From a virus (lineage: Duplodnaviria > Heunggongvirae > Uroviricota > Caudoviricetes): 23,442 bases of DNA. Position numbers and translations under genes: made by a program. Positions 19,850 to 23,442 of the stretch are shown piece by piece. How positions within the stretch are numbered: position 1 is the first letter of the stretch; each line of letters begins with the position of its first letter. Where the stretch lies: IMG/VR virus record IMGVR_UViG_2648501361_000004; one strand, given 5' to 3'. Under the pieces are notes generated by a model, which was not told the origin of the DNA, ran no database searches, and saw only the letters and a list, made by a program, of their open reading frames with translations.

Positions 19850-20173
19850 TTAATCATCCATGGATGTATTGAGCTTATCTCGTGTTGATGTGGCGATTTG
19901 TCCTACATTCCTAAGCCAAGATTTCAAATCCTTGATATTGTCATTGATTTCATGAATATCTTCTTTTTTTAATCTGTTAATATTATTCTCAATAATTTCA
20001 ATGGATTGCTCAATATCAGATATAGTGAATGATAGTTTGTTCTTCTCATCTTTTATTGAGTTTTTAAGTGCTTCGTTCTCAGTCTTGAGGTCAGATATCT
20101 TTTGTTTTAAAGATGCCAGTTGGTACTGAACCACAATGAGTGCGATAGCTATCGCGATAACTGTTGTATACAC
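19850..20173 (-). CDS. Small single-pass membrane protein with coiled-coil tail (unknown function)
   Basis: 107 aa from a GTG start with strong RBS (AAGGGGG). N-terminal hydrophobic helix YTTVIAIAIALIVVQY followed by heptad-like K/E/L-rich sequence. Last gene of an AT-rich minus-strand cassette. Confidence 0.6.
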   Translation of the reverse strand: MYTTVIAIAIALIVVQYQLASLKQKISDLKTENEALKNSIKDEKNKLSFTISDIEQSIEIIENNINRLKKEDIHEINDNIKDLKSWLRNVGQIATSTRDKLNTSMDD

Positions 20174-20195
20174 ACCAACCCCCTTAGTTGATATT

Positions 20196-20615
20196 TTATT
20201 TGTATGAAATCAACGAGTTAAGCTCCCTCTCATTTAGAGATTGGAATCTTTTTTCAGTTATATCAATGATGGCTGGCAATAGTTTTTTTACCTTCTCATG
20301 ACCATCAGGTTTAATGATAGCAATGATCTGGATATGAATTGGATATGTGTTGTGTACCGCAAATATCAAAAAGTTATCGCTAACTCTACGATGTATTGGC
20401 GTTGTTCTTAACCAAGGATCATCTACTCCAGGGATCCTGATGTGCGACTTGTAAATTCCCGATAAGACGGCGTGATGGTTTCTCTCAAACCCACCAATCT
20501 TACCAAGATAAGCTGAAACGGTGCCTCTGTTTTTGTAGTTTGCAAGAGCCTTCGCAAAGTATTGTTCTAATGGTCCAGCCGCTGCATCTACAACAATGCT
20601 TATGCGGTTTTCCAT
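20196..20615 (-). CDS. YafO-toxin-like protein (candidate type II toxin / mRNA interferase); family assignment tentative
   Basis: 139 aa; the C-terminal core VSDNFLIFAVHNTYPIHIQIIAIIKPDGHEK resembles, as recalled, the conserved YafO-family core (SD..LVY...LLIAIL.P..H). ATG start lies 16 nt upstream of the preceding gene's stop (coupling). Confidence 0.55.
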   Translation of the reverse strand: MENRISIVVDAAAGPLEQYFAKALANYKNRGTVSAYLGKIGGFERNHHAVLSGIYKSHIRIPGVDDPWLRTTPIHRRVSDNFLIFAVHNTYPIHIQIIAIIKPDGHEKVKKLLPAIIDITEKRFQSLNERELNSLISYK

Positions 20616-21181
20616 TTTGGTGCTTCCATGCCAAATCTTTTATGTGAATCTTCAACTGATTTCTTGAAGGAAGCCAACTCTTCTTCAGTGAACTCTTCAG
20701 GTTCAGCATATGATAGTGGTATGTGCTGCATTGCTAGCGTCACAAGCCCCATTGTTAGCCTTTTGTATTCTATAAAAGTATTGATTGAGTGGTTTTTCAT
20801 TGTTGTAAGAGTTGACATATGGGGCTTCCACGCATCGCTGTTCTCAGCGATGAAGAAGGTATACAACAGTTTCGCGATACCATAATCAAGCTTAGATATC
20901 TGATCGTTCAACATATCTACATCGTCATGTTGAATATTAAGTGAGGAAATATCTTCTTCTGTACCATTACTTAATATGTCAATGAATGTAATGTACTTTT
21001 TGCAAACTTCCTCTACAGGTGACATAACGCAGTAGATCTTGCTAAGAGCTTCAGAAGCCTGTTTTTTAGACAAAGAGCCGCTATGACTGCGATCAAAGTC
21101 TGAAATTGAACGCTCGATAGATGTTGATATGTCAGAAAAAACGTTTTCAATTTTTCCTGGCTCTTGATTCAGGATGGCCAT
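20600..21181 (-). CDS. Hypothetical protein, first gene of the accessory cassette (candidate partner/antitoxin of the YafO-like gene)
   Basis: ORF open 20600..21199 (GTG). ATG at 21181 with upstream AGG is preferred (~193 aa). Predicted helical, acidic protein with no recognised domain. AT-rich codon usage unlike the structural genes. Confidence 0.6.
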   Translation of the reverse strand: MAILNQEPGKIENVFSDISTSIERSISDFDRSHSGSLSKKQASEALSKIYCVMSPVEEVCKKYITFIDILSNGTEEDISSLNIQHDDVDMLNDQISKLDYGIAKLLYTFFIAENSDAWKPHMSTLTTMKNHSINTFIEYKRLTMGLVTLAMQHIPLSYAEPEEFTEEELASFKKSVEDSHKRFGMEAPKWKTA

Positions 21182-21241
21182 AACGCCTATCTCAATCACA
21201 ATGTATACCTTGTTATTTTATATCAACGAACAAACATTGAC

Positions 21242-21490
21242 CTATCTGGTCTCGTACATTTTTTTCAGGGTTTCAAACACCATCTTCTTAACAATTTCTG
21301 CTTGCTGATCAGCCATACGTTCTGCTTCGTCACGGTAACCTGCAATCGGTGATGGTTTTGATAGCGCATCCTGAACGATTTGTAATAACTCAGAGTTCAT
21401 TGACCTTCCGTTAGCCTCGGCTCTTAATTTCAATTTTTCTCTTACTTCCAAAGGCATACGGAAGTTAAAGTGCGGATCATCTCTAGCCAT
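21242..21490 (-). CDS. mnt: Mnt repressor (ribbon-helix-helix)
   Basis: 82 aa, MARDDPHFNFRMPLEVREKLKLRAEANGRSMNSELLQIVQDALSKPSP..., near-identical to P22 Mnt as recalled. Confidence 0.9.
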   Translation of the reverse strand: MARDDPHFNFRMPLEVREKLKLRAEANGRSMNSELLQIVQDALSKPSPIAGYRDEAERMADQQAEIVKKMVFETLKKMYETR

Positions 21491-21513
21491 GCCATCACTC
21501 CAAGTTAGTATCT

Positions 21514-21777
21514 CTAACTTTCGTCTTTATTGTTGCCATACATGCATTTCAACTTCTCAACATCATGTTCAAGATCTATCAATCGTGATGCTATAGTTGC
21601 AAGGTCTAGTGCTTGAATGTGTTTATTTTTTTCGGTCCATGCTTCAAGTGCAGCGACCATCTCAGCATTTAATGAACGAGAATTAGCCTCAGCCAGTTCA
21701 ATAAGACGTTCCTTTATCTCTACAGGAAGCCTCAGATTCACTTGAGGGTTTTTGTACTTACGATCAGACATCGGCAC
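21514..21777 (-). CDS. Second Mnt/Arc-like ribbon-helix-helix repressor with C-terminal extension
   Basis: 87 aa; PQVNLRLPVEIKERLIELAEANSRSLNAEMV is the Arc/Mnt RHH signature. Reads divergently from arc, directly upstream of mnt. Confidence 0.8.
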   Translation of the reverse strand: MPMSDRKYKNPQVNLRLPVEIKERLIELAEANSRSLNAEMVAALEAWTEKNKHIQALDLATIASRLIDLEHDVEKLKCMYGNNKDES

Positions 21778-21799
21778 ACCCTGAATAATTTTTTACCAC

Positions 21800-21857
21800 A
21801 GGATATGTAGGTGTCTATTGACTATCAATGCGTACCTAAATACTATGTATGCGTACC
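21800..21857. promoter_or_regulatory. Divergent back-to-back promoters with candidate operators (immI control region)
   Basis: Plus strand: -35 TTGACT 21818-21823, 17-nt spacer, -10 TACTAT 21841-21846 (Pant-like). Minus strand: -35 TTGATA (complement of 21823-21828), 17-nt spacer, -10 TATCCT (complement of 21800-21805). Direct repeat ATGCGTACC at 21828-21836 and 21849-21857 (21-bp spacing) and a palindrome GTATG-N7-CATAC overlap the promoter. Confidence 0.45.
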
Positions 21858-21876
21858 ACATACAGCGGAGGATGCA

Positions 21877-22017
21877 ATGAAGGTAAAAACACTGCGTATG
21901 CCAGAGAAGTTAGAAAAAATCCTTGAAGAGAAAGCAAAGGAAGAGTGTCGATCGTTTAGCGCAGAAGTAATTAAACGGGTGCTGGACAGCTTGAAGAGAG
22001 AGGGGGTGATGGTATGA
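21877..22017 (+). CDS. arc: Arc repressor (ribbon-helix-helix)
   Basis: 46 aa from ATG 21877 with GGAGGA RBS: MKVKTLRMPEKLEKILEEKAKEECRSFSAEVIKRVLDSLKREGVMV, parallel to P22 Arc (RSVNSEIYQRVMESFKKEG). The track ORF 21811..22017 is an upstream extension. Confidence 0.8.
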   Translation: MKVKTLRMPEKLEKILEEKAKEECRSFSAEVIKRVLDSLKREGVMV

Positions 22018-22217
22018 GTAAAGAATGTTGTTTCTGCGGCATTAGCGAATCAGACGCTGATCAAACATACATTTACTCTAAAGAAACAGGTCGGATGCTG
22101 TGTAGTGACTGCGTGTTGGACATCATAAGATACAAGCATCTTGGATGTTCTGCCAGCATTAGCAATATAGGTGAAGTATACGAAGGGAAAGATATAACTG
22201 ATAGAGCAGAAAGTTGA
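22014..22217 (+). CDS. Small Cys-rich (zinc-ribbon-like) protein between arc and ant
   Basis: 67 aa with CCFCG...CSDC...C. ATG overlaps the arc stop (ATGA), suggesting translational coupling. No homologue recognised. Confidence 0.55.
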   Translation: MSKECCFCGISESDADQTYIYSKETGRMLCSDCVLDIIRYKHLGCSASISNIGEVYEGKDITDRAES

Positions 22218-22280
22218 AGCCCCAACTGCGGGAACAGTCAGGGCTTCGGTATCGTAAAACCACGCATAGGAATTAACGAC

Positions 22281-23204
22281 ATGAAAAGTATAGCAACAGC
22301 AGTATCTACTATCAATGTACCATTCCACGGCGCAGAGCTTTATGTTGTCAATCACAACGGCGAACCGTATACCCCAATGAAACCTATCGTTGAGGGAATG
22401 GGGCTAGACTGGAAATCTCAACATAAGAAGATTTCTCAACGATTCTCGAATGGTATGGTGGAAATCACCATACCTTCTGCCGGTGGGGTGCAAGCCATGA
22501 TTTGTATGGCTTTACGAAAATTGGCAGCTTGGTTGAACAGCATCAGTCCTAACAAAGTCCGCCCTGAAATCCGCGACAAGGTAATCCAGTATCAGGAAGA
22601 GTGTGACGATGTGCTCTACGAGTACTGGACTAAAGGCCATGTAGTTAACCCACGCAAAGCTAAAAAGGCGTTGCAGGGTAAAATCACCACTGAACAGCAG
22701 GAAGCCATTAAACAACTCGTCATGAGTCGCGGTCAGTCTCTGCCAAAAGAAAAACAGGCTAAGGCGATGATCACCATGTGGTCGTCACTGAAATCCCATT
22801 TTGGATGTTCGTACAAAGAAATCAGTGAGGAGCAGTTTACCGAAGCACTATCACTTGCAGCTCGAGTTCCACTTGAAGGTGAGTTCATTGGCAAACAAGA
22901 GAAGAAAACCAACGAGCTTTCTGCAAAAGAAGTAAACAGCCTTGTATGGCTATGGGATTATGCCAACCGCTCACAGGCATTATTCCGCGAACTGTATCAG
23001 GCGCTAAAACAAATTCAATCGAACTATTCCGGCAGATGCTACGACTACGGTCATGAATTCTCGTATGTTATCGGAATGGCGAGAGATGTTTTAATCAACC
23101 ATACACGAGATGTTGATATTAATGAGCCAGACGGACCAACGAATCTTTCCGCATGGATGAGACTTAAGAATAAAGAATTACCTCCTTCAGTACATAACTA
23201 CTGA
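22281..23204 (+). CDS. ant: Antirepressor Ant (P22 Ant-like)
   Basis: 307 aa, last gene of the arc operon as in P22 immI, followed by an intrinsic terminator. Identification rests on size, position and general antirepressor N-terminal character. Confidence 0.75.
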   Translation: MKSIATAVSTINVPFHGAELYVVNHNGEPYTPMKPIVEGMGLDWKSQHKKISQRFSNGMVEITIPSAGGVQAMICMALRKLAAWLNSISPNKVRPEIRDKVIQYQEECDDVLYEYWTKGHVVNPRKAKKALQGKITTEQQEAIKQLVMSRGQSLPKEKQAKAMITMWSSLKSHFGCSYKEISEEQFTEALSLAARVPLEGEFIGKQEKKTNELSAKEVNSLVWLWDYANRSQALFRELYQALKQIQSNYSGRCYDYGHEFSYVIGMARDVLINHTRDVDINEPDGPTNLSAWMRLKNKELPPSVHNY

Positions 23205-23222
23205 TAGATAACCAACGCAACG

Positions 23223-23247
23223 ACCCAGCTTCGGCTGGGTTTTTTTA
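23223..23247 (+). terminator. Intrinsic terminator after ant
   Basis: ACCCAGC-TTCG-GCTGGGT hairpin followed by TTTTTTT. Confidence 0.7.
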
Positions 23248-23304
23248 TGCCCAAAATTCACCGTAGCCATGCTTCGGCGATTCCTTGTATCTGGAGCAAA
23301 TTAA

Positions 23305-23315
23305 ATGACAGACAT
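23305..23315 (+). pseudogene. Tailspike gene (P22 gene 9-like) 5' end, interrupted after nt 11 by IS1
   Basis: ATGACAGACAT (Met-Thr-Asp-Ile...) with GGAG RBS 8 nt upstream matches the start of P22-family tailspikes as recalled, at the expected position after ant. The reading frame is then broken by the IS1 inverted repeat. Confidence 0.5.
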
Positions 23316-23442
23316 GGTGATGCTGCCAACTTACTGATTTAGTGTATGATGGTGTTTTTGAGGTGCTCCAGTGGCTTCTGTTTCTATCAGCTGTCCCTCC
23401 TGTTCAGCTACTGACGGGGTGGTGCGTAACGGCAAAAGCACC
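23316..23442 (+). mobile_element. IS1 insertion sequence, left end (continues beyond the window)
   Basis: 23-bp terminal inverted repeat GGTGATGCTGCCAACTTACTGAT at 23316-23338, followed by the canonical IS1 left-end sequence and the insA start. Confidence 0.9.
23371..23442 (+). CDS. insA: IS1 InsA (N-terminal part, truncated by the window end)
   Basis: GTG start at IS1 position 56; translation MASVSISCPSCSATDGVVRNGKST matches InsA. Confidence 0.85.
   Translation, partial: MASVSISCPSCSATDGVVRNGKST

Noticed and set aside
1-23442. CRISPR arrays, integrase/att sites, tandem repeat arrays
   Set aside because: No regularly spaced direct repeats, no integrase-like ORF and no attachment-site-like duplications were seen in this window.

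Overview
This window is the late region of a mosaic lambdoid / P22-like (Sf6-like) enterobacterial prophage, with almost all genes on the + strand. In order: a nin region (ninE, ninX-like, ninF, a Rha/KilA-C antirepressor-like gene, ybcO-like, rusA, ninH), the Q antiterminator with a candidate PR' promoter and tR'-like terminator, a lambda-type lysis cassette (S, R, Rz with embedded Rz1), a Rha-family gene, terminase small and large subunits, portal, scaffold, coat, gp4, gp10, gp26 tail needle, gp14 and the ejection proteins gp7, gp20 and gp16. The most interesting part lies between gp16 and the tailspike. It holds an AT-rich, minus-strand three-gene cassette: an unknown ~193-aa protein, a YafO-toxin-like protein, and a small membrane coiled-coil protein. 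This sits where P22 carries sieA and is a candidate undescribed exclusion, abortive-infection or toxin module. Next to it is a non-canonical immI region: mnt plus a second Mnt-like RHH gene, divergent back-to-back promoters, arc, a Cys-rich small ORF coupled to arc, and ant. The tailspike gene is cut after its first 11 nt by an IS1 element that runs off the window end, so the prophage is probably tail-defective. All homology calls are from reading the translations and recalling family signatures; no database search was run.
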